Made by a program: the position numbers and the translations under genes
NCBI GenBank assembly: GCA_964016885.1
Contig: OZ024743.1
Coordinates: 371,442,001 to 371,506,000, forward strand
DNA: 64,000 nucleotides
Direction of reading: 5' to 3'
From: Eledone cirrhosa
Taxonomy: Eukaryota
Shown: positions 26,791 to 39,987 of the stretch, piece after piece
Layout of the letters: every line of letters starts with the position of its first letter
How positions within the stretch are numbered: position 1 is the first letter of the stretch
The notes under the pieces: generated by a model
Told to the model about the DNA's origin: nothing
The model's input: the letters and a program-made list of their open reading frames with translations, nothing else
Database searches by the model: none

Positions 26791-27948
26791 TATCCTGTCA
26801 TAAAAAACTTCAACTCTCTCTGCACAACCTGTATATATATACATTCTCACACACATATATATATCTTATATTATATCTTTGCCTTTCATCCTTACGGGAT
26901 CGATAAAATAAAGTACCAGTAATGCACTGGGTAATTGCTGGCCTTGTGCCAAAAGTAGAAACAATTATATATACATATACTAATTAGGAAAAAACTATCT
27001 AAAATAATTAAAAAATGTTAACTCCCTCCACACAAGTTGAAAAGATAACAATTATATAATTAATAACCAATAATGATATTTTATATATTCTATAAAGATT
27101 AATTTATAACACTACTACAATAACAAAACAACCCTCAATTTGTCAACAACCTTAATTACCTCCCTTTGTTATTAACCCCCTTTACAACTTCCTGTGTAAA
27201 TTCATAAAATTAAACAACCTAACGTTTTACCAACAACTTAATAACGGTTAATACAAACCCTAGAAAAGATAATTTGTAGATAAAAATGCATAAGATAATA
27301 TACCTACAATAACAATAAGGCCTGTAATTCGGTGGAATTTACATTTAACAAACACACACCTATTAACTATAAACGACTCAAAATAATTCCATGGTTAATA
27401 GATGTGGGTTACAACCAACATATACACATGCATACGAACTCCAACACAAAAACACTTGAGTGAAAATCACCTATCCAATTCTATCACGTGCTTTGCATTA
27501 CACCTCACATAACATACACCTACATTATCACCACATGACTCTCTAACATATAGCACGCTATCTTAAACATTTGTAACACCAATAACATGCTTTAACATCC
27601 CACACAAAATATGTTTATTTCAACTGTATTATAACTCTTTCCTCATACATGTCTTATTGATTGTATTAACTCCTGCATTGTACACCTATAACATTAACTG
27701 TTCTCCAATGTTATGATATCTTATGTCTACCCTATCCCACCTTTTTCCTTGCTTATAATTTTTTTGCCGGTAATTTTTGCTTATACCTTTTACACTTTCA
27801 ACCAGCGCTGCCTGTAATTGTGTTCTCTCAAGCATAACATCTTTTTAACTCCTGACTCTCCACATGATGTCTATGACACTAACAACACTTATGTATCCTA
27901 AATGTTCTGAATGACTAGGATTTTAGTCACATGTTTTGACATTCCCCA

Positions 27949-27995
27949 TGCTCCGATGATTCCAGACTTCCCTCTGGAAGAAACAATTGTCAGCA
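27949..27995 (+). ncRNA. Minimal hammerhead ribozyme (core variant CCGATGA)
   Basis: TGCT-CCGATGA-TTCCAGA-CTTCCC-TCTGGAA-GAAA-CAATTG-TC-AGCA; 7-bp stem II, palindromic stem III. Confidence 0.75.
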
Positions 27996-28172
27996 AATAA
28001 ATATTCTAAACTAAAATTTGATCGTTTTAACACTTTGTATCTCGGCTCTGTAAATCACTTGATAATTTGCATTGAGCCTTTTGTCATACCGGTAACCGGC
28101 TAGAACGTAGTACTAACCTCCATATTTATAATTGTATTAAACATATATAAATATAAATATAAATATTCTTTT

Positions 28173-28269
<97 letters not shown>

Positions 28270-28282
28270 TAAATATTCTTAT

Positions 28283-28336
<54 letters not shown>

Positions 28337-28481
28337 TACGTAGACAACGGATCATATGTACATAAGCACATCTATACAGTGTCATATTTGTCACAGTATG
28401 GTATTACCTTAATGTACAAAAACAGAGCCGTTATAGATAAAATAAATCAAAGAACGCCTACATACTTATACAATTTTTATT

Positions 28482-28528
28482 CGCTAACAATGTTTCATCC
28501 ATACCGTAGGGCAGGACTCCTCAGAGTG
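28482..28528 (-). ncRNA. Minimal hammerhead ribozyme
   Basis: CACT-CTGAGGA-GTCC..GGAT-GAAA-CATTG-TT-AGCG; the inverted copy at 29254 has CGCT, restoring stem I. Confidence 0.7.
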
Positions 28529-29263
28529 TAATCAATAAAAATATAGTGCTGAATATAAGCTCTACCAAGCTAAGTCACCAGAACAGTAGAGAAACAGTAC
28601 AGGATAGCATGAGGGAGATTGGATATGAGAAGGATGGAGAGAATGCGTACTGGGTCAACATTATAACAAACCATGATAATACAATAACACAGGCAGATTT
28701 TCCCACAAGAGACTGGGGCATGTGAAGGCATACAAAAGCAATCTTAAGCACTTAAAGATAATTAAAACACTATATAAAAAAAGGATTTTAAGAAAAATAA
28801 TTTTAAAATAATAATTAAAAATAATTAAAAATAATTGGGAGTAATTAAAAATAATAAAAAAAACTTAAAACAAATTTTAAAGGAATTAAAACATTTAAAA
28901 ATTACAAAAATATAAGTAAAAATATTTTAAAATAATTTAAAAAATTTTAAAACCTAAAAATAAAAAATAAAAAAAATAAAAATAAAAATAAAAAATTAGA
29001 AATTATATATAGTTTTTTAATTATCTTTAAGTGCTTAAGATTGCTTTTGTATGCCTTCACATGCCCCAGTCTCTTGTGGGAAAATCTGCCTGTGTTATTG
29101 TATTATCATGGTTTGTTATAATGTTGACCCAGTACGCATTCTCTCCATCCTTCACATATCCAATCTCCCTCATGCTATCCTGTACTGCTTCTCTACTGTT
29201 CTGGTGACTAAGCTTGGTAGAGCTTATATTCAGCACTATATTTTTATTGATTACGCTCTGAGG
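28520..29263. repeat. Inverted repeat pair (28520-28780 and 29010-29263) around an A-rich spacer
   Basis: About 250 bp near-identical reverse-complement arms. Confidence 0.9.
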
Positions 29264-29266
29264 AAA

Positions 29267-31530
29267 CATCATCATCATCATTTTACGACCGCTCTTCCCT
29301 GCTCGCAAAGGTGGCACGGGTCTTATTCAGCACAGCATCTCTCCACTCGTCACGGTCCTTCGCCATCTTCACTGTGAGCTTCAACGTGGTCTACCTCTAC
29401 CACGTCTTCCTTCAACTGGCATTTCCTGGCACTTCTTCACCCATCGGTCATCCTCCATGCGCATCACATGTCCATACCACTTCAATCTCCTCTCTCGTAC
29501 ACTACATTCTATCCCTCTTAGACACAGTTTCTCTCTAAACACATTCATGCTGGGTCATTCACGCACATTTACACTGCACATCCAACGGAGCATGCTTGCC
29601 TCATTTCTCTCCAGCCGTCGCATATTCTCTGCAGTTGCTGCCCATGTCTCACTACCTTGCAGCATCGCGCTCCTCACACAGGCATCATACAACCGGCCTT
29701 TCGTACTCAGGGAGAAACCCTTCTTCGTCAACAGAGGAAGCAGCTCCCTAAACTTCTTCCAACCCGTCCTTATTCTAGATACTATGGCCTCGGAACACCC
29801 TCCTCCCATGCTAATCTGATCTCCTAGGTACCGGAAGCTATCCACCACTTCTATAGCACCCTCCTGCATTTGAAAAATGTGTCTATCAATGCGACCTCTA
29901 CTGTCTAATTTCCCTGTACATCTACTGCATACATATTTCTCCCTACCTGATAGTTTGCCTGATATCCCGCTACATCTCTTGTGTACCCAGGATCTGCATT
30001 GTGTGCATTTTATAGAATTTATGCCAGTTCCTTTTCTGCATATCGAACATGGCCATTTCCCTGACGGAATCAGAGTTTTGTTCTCTTTTCTACTCATCAA
30101 CACTTTTGTCTTAGCTAGGTTCACTCTCAGTCCTCTTGCTTCCAACTGCTGTTTCCATAGCCAGAATTTATTCTCTAGCTCCTCTACTGATTTCTGCTAT
30201 AAGAACCAGATCGTCAGCATAGAGAAGTTCCCATGGGCAGCCAGTCTTGAACTCCTCTGTTATGGCTTGGAGGACTATAATGAACAAGAGCGGGCTGAGG
30301 ACCGAATCTTGATGTACTCCTACTTGTATCTGGAATTCTTCACTAAACTCCATTCCTGCTCTGACTTTACTGAGAGTACCTCTGTACAAAGTTTGCGCTG
30401 TCCTCACAAGCCATTCCTCAACACCTAATTTCCTTAGGGACCACCAGATGACAGATCGGGGTACCCTATCAAAGGCCTTCTCTAGGTCAACAAAGGCTAA
30501 GTATAGTGGCTTATTTTTCTCTAAGAACCTCTCTTGCAATTGTCTCACTAAAAAGAGGGCATCTGTTGTACTCTTCCCAGGCACAAAACCAAACTGCATC
30601 TCATCTAGTTTGACCCTTTCTCTAATTAGTTGTGCTAATATCCTTTCTGCCACTTTCATAACCTGATCTATCAGTTTTATACCCCTATAATTGCTCCTCT
30701 CCAAAGCATCCCATTTACCTTTGTAGCAACTTATGAGAATACTGCTGCACCAGTCTTTGGGTATGACACCACCATATATAGCCTGATTGATGATGCGTGC
30801 AACCAGTTTAGTGCCTACCTCCCTGATGCCTTCAGCATCTCAACAACTATTCCCGATGGTTCAGCAGCCTTACCATTTTTCATTTCCTTAATCGACTCTT
30901 GGACCCTATATTCGTCAATCTCAATAGCTGGTCCCTTTGTTGGATCTACTAAGGGTAATTTCTCTCTCTTCCATTCGTTCTCCACATTCATCAGTCTCTC
31001 ATAATGACATTTCCAGGCCTCCTTTTTCTGGTTATTCGTGACACTAAGTACACCGGCATCATCCTGGACACATTTATCTCCAACAACATCCTGATTTGCA
31101 TTGACACACTGCCTTGCAATGTGGAACACCGCACGCCTCTGATCTTCCCGTCGCAGAACATTGGCAAACCTCCAACTCTCAGCCTCCCTGACGTCTAGCT
31201 TCTCTCTTAGCGGCTGTATATTCTTCCCTACTCCCACCCTTTTTCCAAGCCTTCTATGCTATTCTTTTGTCTCTAATGGTGCTGTTCCACCACCAGGTCA
31301 CTCTCTGTCTGGTTGGAGCTCTGCTCCAGCCACAAGTTTCATCAGTAGCTTGCAACAAGTTGTCACGCAAGAAATTCCAGTTATTATCTATGTCATACGT
31401 CTCTAATTCGTCTTCTTTTTCGTCATATACATCTTGAAGGGCTTTCCTAAATTTGTATTTTAGTGAAAGGTCCTTTAGCTTCCACACCTTCCTGTATGTC
31501 TCATTCCATCTCTTGATTACTGAGATATCA

Positions 31531-31533
<3 letters not shown>
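29267..31533 (-). mobile_element. RTE LINE, PHD-containing family B, 5'-truncated
   Basis: ORFs 30815-31237, 30168-30704, 29555-30145; tail ..cggtcgtaaaa(tga)n. Confidence 0.92.
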
Positions 31534-31599
<66 letters not shown>

Positions 31600-31766
31600 A
31601 ATTAGTATATCTAGTAACATATATATACACAGATGCATACTTATGCTAGCAAATATATAGGTTTTGTCTTAGTAACTTTGTGGTTCAATGCATGGGGATG
31701 CAGAACAATAATATGAGAGACATAAAATAAGAAAATTATAAAATTAACTTACTTACTAAAATTTCA

Positions 31767-31845
31767 CTCCAACTAATTTGTTTCTGAAAGGGAATAAACA
31801 TAGTTTCCGAAGAAACGTAGGGAGAAGCCTTTCGTCATCAGGGAA
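31767..31845 (-). ncRNA. Hammerhead ribozyme motif, copy 1
   Basis: TTCC-CTGATGA-CGAAAGG..CCTTTCA-GAAA-CAAATTAG-TT-GGAG. Confidence 0.6.
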
Positions 31846-32290
31846 GTCTATTCTCAGCTAAGTTTCCAGGCAATACGTGGACACAGGGAACTTATACAAA
31901 AATAATTCAGTGGATGGAAAAAAGCAAAGCGTGGACTAAATTCCAAGCCATTGAAAAAATCACTGCCTACTGCGTCGGTGGCAAATTCAAAAGAATCAGT
32001 CACGTGACATCGAGGTCAATCAGTGAAGAGTGGTTTGTTAAGAAGACAGCAGCCGGACCGTTACTATAGTAGCAGTTTTGGCCAATTTTTGCTCGACAAA
32101 ATAATTTGGAGATAATTATAAAGAATTAGTATATCTAGTAACATATATATACACAGATGCATACTTATGCTAGCAAATATATAGGTTTTGTCTTAGTAAC
32201 TTTGTGGTTCAATGCATGGGGATGCAGAACAATAATATGAGAGATGTAAAATAAGAAAATTATAAAATTAACTTACTTACTAAAATTTCA

Positions 32291-32369
32291 CTCCAACTAA
32301 TTAGTTTCTGAAAGGGAATAAACATAGTTTCTGAAGAAACGTACGGAGAAGCCTTTCGTCATCAGGGAA
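32291..32369 (-). ncRNA. Hammerhead ribozyme motif, copy 2
   Basis: As copy 1, with palindrome ACTAATTAGT in stem III. Confidence 0.65.
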
Positions 32370-32626
32370 GTCTATTCTCAGCTAAAACTGCCAAAACTGC
32401 TACTATAGTAACGGTCCGGCTGCTGTCTTCTTAACAAACCACTCTTCACTGATTGACCTCGATGTCACGTGACTGATTCTTTTGAATTTGCCACCGACGC
32501 AGTAGGCAGTGATTTTTTCAATGGTTTGGAATTTAGTCCACGCTTTGCTTTTTTCCATCCACTGAATTATTTTTGTATAAGTTCCCTGTGTCCACGTATT
32601 GCCTGGAAACTTAGCTGAGAATAGAC

Positions 32627-32705
32627 TTCCCTGATGACGAAAGGCTTCTCCGTACGTTTCTTCGGAAAATATGTTTATTCCCTTTCAGAAACTAATTAGT
32701 TGGAG
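32627..32705 (+). ncRNA. Hammerhead ribozyme motif, copy 3 (inverted)
   Basis: TTCC-CTGATGA-CGAAAGG..CCTTTCA-GAAA-CTAATTAG-TT-GGAG. Confidence 0.65.
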
Positions 32706-32751
32706 TGAAATTTTAGTAAGTAAGTTAATTTTATAATTTTCTTATTTTACG

Positions 32752-32828
<77 letters not shown>

Positions 32829-32884
32829 ATTTGTATGTGATAAATATGATATAAATATGATATCCTTATGATATCCCCACATTA

Positions 32885-32930
32885 TATTCTGAAGAGTCCC
32901 ACTTTTAGTGTGGACGAAACATTGTCAGCA
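32885..32930 (+). ncRNA. Minimal hammerhead ribozyme (stem I decayed)
   Basis: CTGAAGA-GTCC-CAC-TTTTA-GTG-T-GGAC-GAAA-CATTG-TC-AGCA. Confidence 0.65.
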
Positions 32931-33039
32931 ATTAAAGATATACCTATGTTCTAAGCGCTCTTTGTTGTTAATTGTATAAATATGTATGTATACGCCATTT
33001 CCGTTCTCACCTGCCACCCACCCGTCCCACCTCCACCAC

Positions 33040-36000
33040 ATTCGGTATACATGCCTGACGCTGTATGGTAACCACTCCCTCGTGAATATATCATAGAACA
33101 GACAAGGGGCGGATGGAGGCTCCGTAAGCCGTAGTGTAGGCAACCCGTCTAGGAGAGCTACCACTCCGAATAAATTGGTGTGGGGTAGAAAAGTCCCTAA
33201 GTCCAGTAAGACAACCAATCTAGTGCTGGTGGCACGAATAAAAGCACATAGTCCATGCTGTAAACTGGTGCTGGGGTTAGGAAGGGCATCCAACAACTAT
33301 GAGCACAACAAATGAGAATTGCAACAACTTCATAAACAGCAATAACACTAACCATGTTAGGGCTGCGCACGGTAGTGGGGTGGCTGATATGTGAGAACCC
33401 CCCGACCGTCATCAACCAATCACTCACCAGGAACAAGAACAAGAATATGAAGATGTCGCATCTCAGAGTTGCCACACCTAATGTTGGCACTCTAACAGGT
33501 AGATCTGGTGAGATAGTGGAGATGCTGGAGAGAAGGCATGTGGATGTGTGCTGCATGCAAGAGATGGAGAGGTGCCTCTGCAAGACTAATCGCAGGCAAA
33601 CATCTTAGTTATAAGCTTTTCTGGGTGGGTAATGATGATGGGTTAAGTGGGGTAGGCATTTTACTGGCTGAGAGATGGATCGATAAGACAATAGAGGTAG
33701 TTAGAGTTAGTAGTAGAATAATTAAGCTTAGATTAGTTGTAGGCAAGAGACTGCTGACAATCATCTCTGCCTATGCTCCCCAGGCAGGCCTAGGTAAAGA
33801 AGAAAAAGACTGCTTTTACGGGCAACTTTTACAAACAGCCGCAATGACAGAGGACAGAGACATCGTTATGCTAGCAAGGGACTTCAATGGTCATGTTGGA
33901 CAGCTCCATGATCGATACACTGGGGTACATGGTGGTCACGGTTACAGCTAAAGAAATGAAGAAGGAGTGAGGCCTCTTGAATTTTGTAATGCAAGTGCAC
34001 TAACCATTTGCAACACTAACTTCAAGAAACCTGCCAACCACCTAATAACCTACAAATCAGGTGAGCACAAAAGCCAGACAGAAGAATGTACCCCCCCATC
34101 ATAGGTTAGTCGTTAGTGACATCTCAGTAAGCAAGAGACAGAATGAGACATACAGGAAAGTGTGGAAAAAAAAGGTCTGGAAGCTAAAAGACCTTTCACT
34201 AAAATATAAATTTAGGAAAGTCCTTCAAGATGTGTATGACGAAAAAGGAGATGATTTAGAGTCGTATGACAGATGATACCTGGAATTTCTTACGTGACAA
34301 CTTACTGCAGGCTACTGATGAAACTTGTGGCTGGAGCAGAGCTCCAACCAGACAGAGAGTGGCCTGGTGGTGGAACAGCACGGTAGATAGGGCCATTAGA
34401 GACAAAAGACTAGCATGGAACGCTTGGAAAAATGGTGGGAGTAGAGAAGGATACACAGCCGCTAAGAGAGAAGCTAGACGTCAGGTGTACTTAGCATGCA
34501 GGGAGGCTGAGAGTAGGTGGTTTGCTAATGTTCTGCGACGGGAAGATCAGAGACGTGCGGTGTTCCGCATTGCAAGGCAGTGTGTCAGTGCAAATCAGGA
34601 TGTTGTTGAAGATAAGTGTGTCTGGAATGATGCCGGTGTACGAATAATCAAAAAAGGGGGGCCTGGAAATGTCATTATGAGAGACTGATGAATGTGGAGA
34701 ACGAATGCGAGAAAGAGAAATTACACTCAGTAGATCCGACAAAGGGACCAGCTATTGAGATTGACGAATATAGGGTCCAAGAGGCAATTAAGGAAATGAA
34801 AAATGGTAAGGCTGCTGGACCGTCGGGAATAGTTGAAGGCATCAGGGTCATAGGCACTAAACTAGTTGCAAGCATCATCAATCAGGCTATATATGGTGGT
34901 GTCATACCCAAAGACTGGTGCAGCAGTATTCTCATAAGTTGCTACAAAGGTAAATGGGATGCTTTGGAGAGGAGCAATTATAGGGGTATAAAACTGATGG
35001 ATCAGGTTATGAAAGTGGCAGAAAGAATATTAGCACAACTAATTACAGAAAGGGTCAAACTAGATGAGATGCAGTTTGGTTTTGTGCCTGGGAAAAGTAC
35101 AACAGGTGCCCTCTTCTTAGTGAGACAACTACAAGACTACAAGAGAGGTTCTTAGAGAAGAATAAGCCACTCTACTTAGCTTTTGTTGACTTAGAGAAGG
35201 CCTTTGATAGGGTACCCCAATCTGTCATCAGGTGGTCATCAGTGCAAGCTATGTACAGAGGAGCTGTCAGTGAAGTGAGAGTAGGAGTGGAGTTTAGTGA
35301 AGAATTTCAGATACAAGTAGGAGTTCATCAGGGTTTAGTCCTCAGCCCGCTCTTATTCATTATAGTTCTCCAAGCCACAACAGAGGAGTTTAAGACTGGC
35401 TGCCCATGGGAACTTCTCTATGCTGACAATCTGGTACTTATAGCAGAATCAGTAGAGGAGCTAGAGAATAAATTCTGGCTATGGAAACAGCAGTTAGAAT
35501 CAAGAGGACTGAGAGTGAACCTAGCAAAGACTAAAATGTTGATAAGTAGAAAAGAGGACAATACTCTGATTCCACCAGGTAAATGGCCATGTTCGATATG
35601 CAGAAAAGGAACTGGCATAAATTCTATAAAATGTACACAATGCAGATCTTGGGTACACAAGAAATGTAGTGGGATAGCAGGCAAACTAACATATGCAGTA
35701 GATGTACAGGGAAATTTGACAGGAGAAGTCGCATTGATAGACACATTTTTCAAATGCAGGTAGGTTCTATAGAAGTGGTGGATAGCTTCCGGTACCTAGG
35801 TGATCAGATTAGCAAAGGAGGGGGGGGTCCGATGCCATAGTATCTAGAATAAGGACGGGTTGGAAGAAGTTTAGGGAGCTGCTTCCTCTGCTGACAAAGA
35901 AGGGTTTCTCCCTGCATACGAAAGGCCGGTTATATGATGCCTGTGTGAAATGCACAATGCTGCATGGTAGTGAGGCATGGGCAGCAACTACAGAGGATAT

Positions 36001-36392
36001 GCGACGGCTGGAGAGAAATGAAGCAAGCATGCTCCGTTGGATGTGCAATGTCAATGTGCGTGAATGACCAAGCATAGATGAGTTGAGAGAGAAACTGTGT
36101 ATAAGAGGGATAAGTTGTGGTGTGCAGGAGAGAAGGCTGAGATGGTATGGACATGTGATACACATGGAGGATGACCGCTGAGTAAAGAAGTGCCAAGAAA
36201 TCCCAGTAGAAGGAAGACGCAGTAGAGGAAGACCACGAAAAACATGGGCGGAGCTGGTGAGAGAATACCTCAGATTGCTGAAGCTGACGGTGGAGATGAC
36301 GAAGGACTGTGACAAGTGGAGAGATGCTGTGCTGAATAGGACCCGTCCCACTCTTGAAGGTAGGGAAAAGCGGACGTAAAATGATGATGATG
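33040..36392 (+). mobile_element. Near full-length RTE LINE, PHD-containing family B, decayed
   Basis: 5' UTR, EN (NVGTLTG, CMQE, ISAYAPQ, RDFNGHVG), RT, Cys-rich insert, tail cggacgtaaaa(tga)n; 5' boundary approximate. Confidence 0.92.
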
Positions 36393-36451
36393 ATATATAT
36401 ATATCAAATAAGAGTAGTTAAGACGGGATTAATTCACCATAATTGTTTATT

Positions 36452-36502
36452 GCATGATATATATTTCTGTAACATGGTTATTCATGTGACTTCATCAGAC
36501 TC
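36452..36502 (-). ncRNA. Minimal hammerhead ribozyme (family of 44399)
   Basis: CTGATGA-AGTCACATG..CATGTTACA-GAAA-TATATA-TC-ATGC. Confidence 0.6.
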
Positions 36503-36996
36503 TTACGCAATCATAGGTGTATTTATGCAAACATTGGAATATGCAGCTGGCCATGTATAATTATCCTGTAGTGATGGCAGCAGGCATGTGAATCACTTAT
36601 CTGTTAGGTTCTAATAGTAGATGTATCCATTTTTTGATTGGTTGATTTTGTAGTCTCTGGGTATAGTTCTAATACTAATTATTGACATGTTTACCACTAA
36701 ATCTCAGCAAGTGGTCCATCATTTCTTCCACTTTCTTTAGTTCCTTTGTACTTGGTCGGACTGGCGTCATTAAGTCTAGTGATTAAGACAAGTGATGAAG
36801 ATGGTTTCGAAGCTTTCTTTCATGATATCTGTCCAGCCGCTGCTTTGGTCAACAGGAACAACAACCACCACGACAAAAACAACAATAACAACAATAACAG
36901 CACTATTTACAATATTTAGGACGATGATAGTGATGCTAGAAATAATACTACATTATAATCAGACATTATACAGTCACACACACACACACATATATA

Positions 36997-39185
36997 TCTT
37001 AGTCTTAGTCTAAGGTACTTCTGCGCCTTTCGACACATCGAGCAATAAGTAGTCGCTAACGGTCACAATCAGCAGTGGTTTTTTCACGTCTGTGCCAAGT
37101 GATGTTGGCTGTCATCAGGTCTTTTTGGAACATTCATCACCCGGTGATCCTGGGGCAACCCTGCTCCCATTTGCCGCCTGGTGGAGTCAATTTCAACGCT
37201 GGTTTCGAGATTCATTTGTTGTACAGGCGCAGCTCGATCCTGCTGCTGATGCATGAAGACGACCGCTGGAAAACTGCGGCTCCATTGCTGATTTGACAGT
37301 TATTGTTGATCTCCACGTTGCCATTGTTTGCCAGGATGATACTCAGACAAGTGAAGTGATCAACTTCTTCCAGGTCTTGTTGGTTGACTCTGATTGCTGG
37401 ACCTGTGTTGTTGGCTGTCCTCATCACCTTGGTCTTTTTGGTGTTGATTCTCAGACTGATCTTTTCCACCCTCTTTTGCAGGGATGTTGTTAGAGCCTGC
37501 AGATCTACACTGTCTTCAGCGATCAAAGCGATGTCGTTGGCGAATGCCAGGTCCCTCAGCCTCGACTGGCCTCTCCATGGGATTCCTCGACCGGGTCCTT
37601 CATCTGTTTGCCTTAGAACGAAATTGGCTGCCAAGATGAACAACAGGGGAGAGAGAATGCAGCGCTGTCTACTCCAGAGACAATGTCAAAGAACTCCATC
37701 ACACCAGACTCAGTCCACATGCAGCACTGTCGAATGCCTTCTGGAAATCAATGGAGTTGACCACCAAAGGTTGCTGGAGCTCAACACATTGTTCGAGGAT
37801 GTTGCATAGTGTGTAGATCTGTTCGGTGCAAGATCGGTTGTTTTGGAAGCCGGGTTGTTCTTCCTGGAGCACAGAGTCCATAGCTTGCCGGAGTTGATGC
37901 AGCAGCACAGTGAAGAATACCTTGCCTGGGACTGACAGCAATATGATGCTGCGCCAGTTGTTGCAGTCGGCCAGGTTTCCCTTCTTCAGCAGTTTGACGA
38001 TGACACCGTGTTGCCACTCAAGAGAAACATGACCGACCCGCCAGAAGAGGTTCAAGTTTGTCAACGCCGTTATGCTATCTTCACTGAATTTGAGCAACTC
38101 TGTAGAGATCTCATCCTGTCTACCTGATTTGCCGTTCTTCAAGTCGCTGGTCGCATCTCTCATTCCCTGCTTGGTGATTTGGTCCTAGCAGACATTGAGT
38201 ACTGCAGCGGTTGCTGGAATCTCTGTGGTTAAGTCTATCAGGACGACTGGATCTGGTTGGTTCAGCATCTCCTGGAAGTGCTCCATCTATCTCTGGTTCT
38301 GTTCTGCTCCAGTGGTCAATATCTTGCCACTTTTGTCCTTCACTGGCATGTTGGCACTGCTTGACACTCCCATCAACTCCCTCACAATGTGGAACAGTGT
38401 CTTTGTGTCATTGTGACCAGCAGCTTCCTCCACCTCACCACCTTTTTTCTCCAGCCAGACTCATTTGTCCTGCCAGTAGCTTCACTTGACTAGCTGGTTG
38501 AGTTGGCGGTATGCAGCATTTATTTTCCCTTGGTCTTCCTCCGATCTGGTAGAATCTCGTTTGAATTTTGCCTTCTATCAATCATCGATCAGGTTCTATG
38601 CGGATTCCTGAATCCATTGCTCTTTCCTCATTCCTCGCCTTCGGCCAACAATCGCTTGTGCTGCTTCAGTCACTGCCTTCGCAAGCATCGCCCATTGATC
38701 TTCCAGATCTGCAGCCTCATTCAACTGCTTAAACCGGTTTTGCAGAGCCAGTTGGTACAGTCACGCTTGGCCGGGATCCTTCAGCTTCTCCACTGCATAC
38801 GGCTTCGGTCTTTCCGGTCGTGTCCGTTTCTTTAGGCGTAGCTGTAGTTTGGCACTCAGTAGGTGGTGGTCTGAGCCCACATCAGCACCTCGGTACATTC
38901 TGACATTGCACATCAAGGACCACTAATGCTGGTTGTTGCGCTGACATAGACAAGGATGCCTTCCACGAACGACTGCAGGACACGTTCAACAACTTGCCTA
39001 GCCACAACATCAAACTATTTATCAGCGATTTCAATGCTCAAATTGACTGCAACAGACAGGGACTGAAATAGATTACTGTGCCGTTCAGTTCTGCTGCAAC
39101 CACCACGGACAACGGCGAGAGACTGTAGCTCTTTTGTGTATCAACAGCTTGCGCATCAACAACACCTACTTCAAACACAAGGTGA
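36997..39185 (-). mobile_element. RTE/BovB-like LINE (family of 17712) with inverted 5' endonuclease segment
   Basis: Tail (GACTAA)n at 36997-37013; RT ORFs 37212-37643 and 37699-38163; 38925-39185 encodes EN (KDAFHERLQD..SDFNAQI..DNGERL) on the + strand. Confidence 0.87.
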
Positions 39186-39673
39186 TATGAAATCAATATT
39201 TAATGTAAAAATGTATTTGGTAATTACTTTAATGAATAATTTGCTTGGAGCGTAATTATTATTTTTAATACAATAGGATTTTGTACATATGCTTGTTTAA
39301 AAAAATCTTTCAAAGAAGTATGAAACATAAGCCCTTTGTACTGTTTATTATAATATATTACTATATTTTGAGCTGTTTTAACTTCGCCACCTATGTTTCC
39401 GATTTTTTATATCGTTTTTGTAAAAACGATATATTTTTCACATAAATATATATATATATATATATAGAGAGAGAATTTAGTATATCTACTAACATATGCG
39501 TACAGATGTACGCTAATGCTAGCAAATACATAAGTTATGTCATAGTACCTAGGTGGTTCAATGCAGGAGGATGCAGAACAATAATATGAAGGACGTAAAA
39601 TAAGAACATTTTTTAAAAGATTTAAAAGATTTAAAAAATTAACTTACTTACTAAAATTTCTTATTTTACGTCC

Positions 39674-39707
<34 letters not shown>

Positions 39708-39914
39708 AGAGGAAGCTTAGTAAAATCGAAGCTTTGGCTGTGGCCAAGCAAAGTCGACCTACAATATGGAATGAGTAGCAAAGCACTCAATAAGGGTAGG
39801 TCCTTAGAGTAATAACATTACGTTTAAATAGCTTGACAAATTGAAAATTGCGGTAGGCAAAACCCAACCATACAATACCAAAACAACGAAAGAACTAATC
39901 AGGTTAAAACAACA

Positions 39915-39987
<73 letters not shown>

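Larger units (their letters stand above)
31593..32760. mobile_element. Non-coding HHR-bearing repeat: 524-bp unit, half tandem copy, then inverted copy
   Basis: 31593-31860 repeated at 32117-32384; 32385-32760 is the reverse complement of about 31712-32083; (TA)n on both sides. Confidence 0.8.

Noticed and set aside
26980-27450. Possible very old GIY-YIG coding remnant upstream of the HHR at 27949
   Set aside because: Too decayed to translate reliably by eye
414-38835. ORFs antisense to RT genes (e.g. 414-965, 5154-5645, 24943-25383, 29877-30428)
   Set aside because: Shadow frames of retroelement coding sequence with no domains of their own
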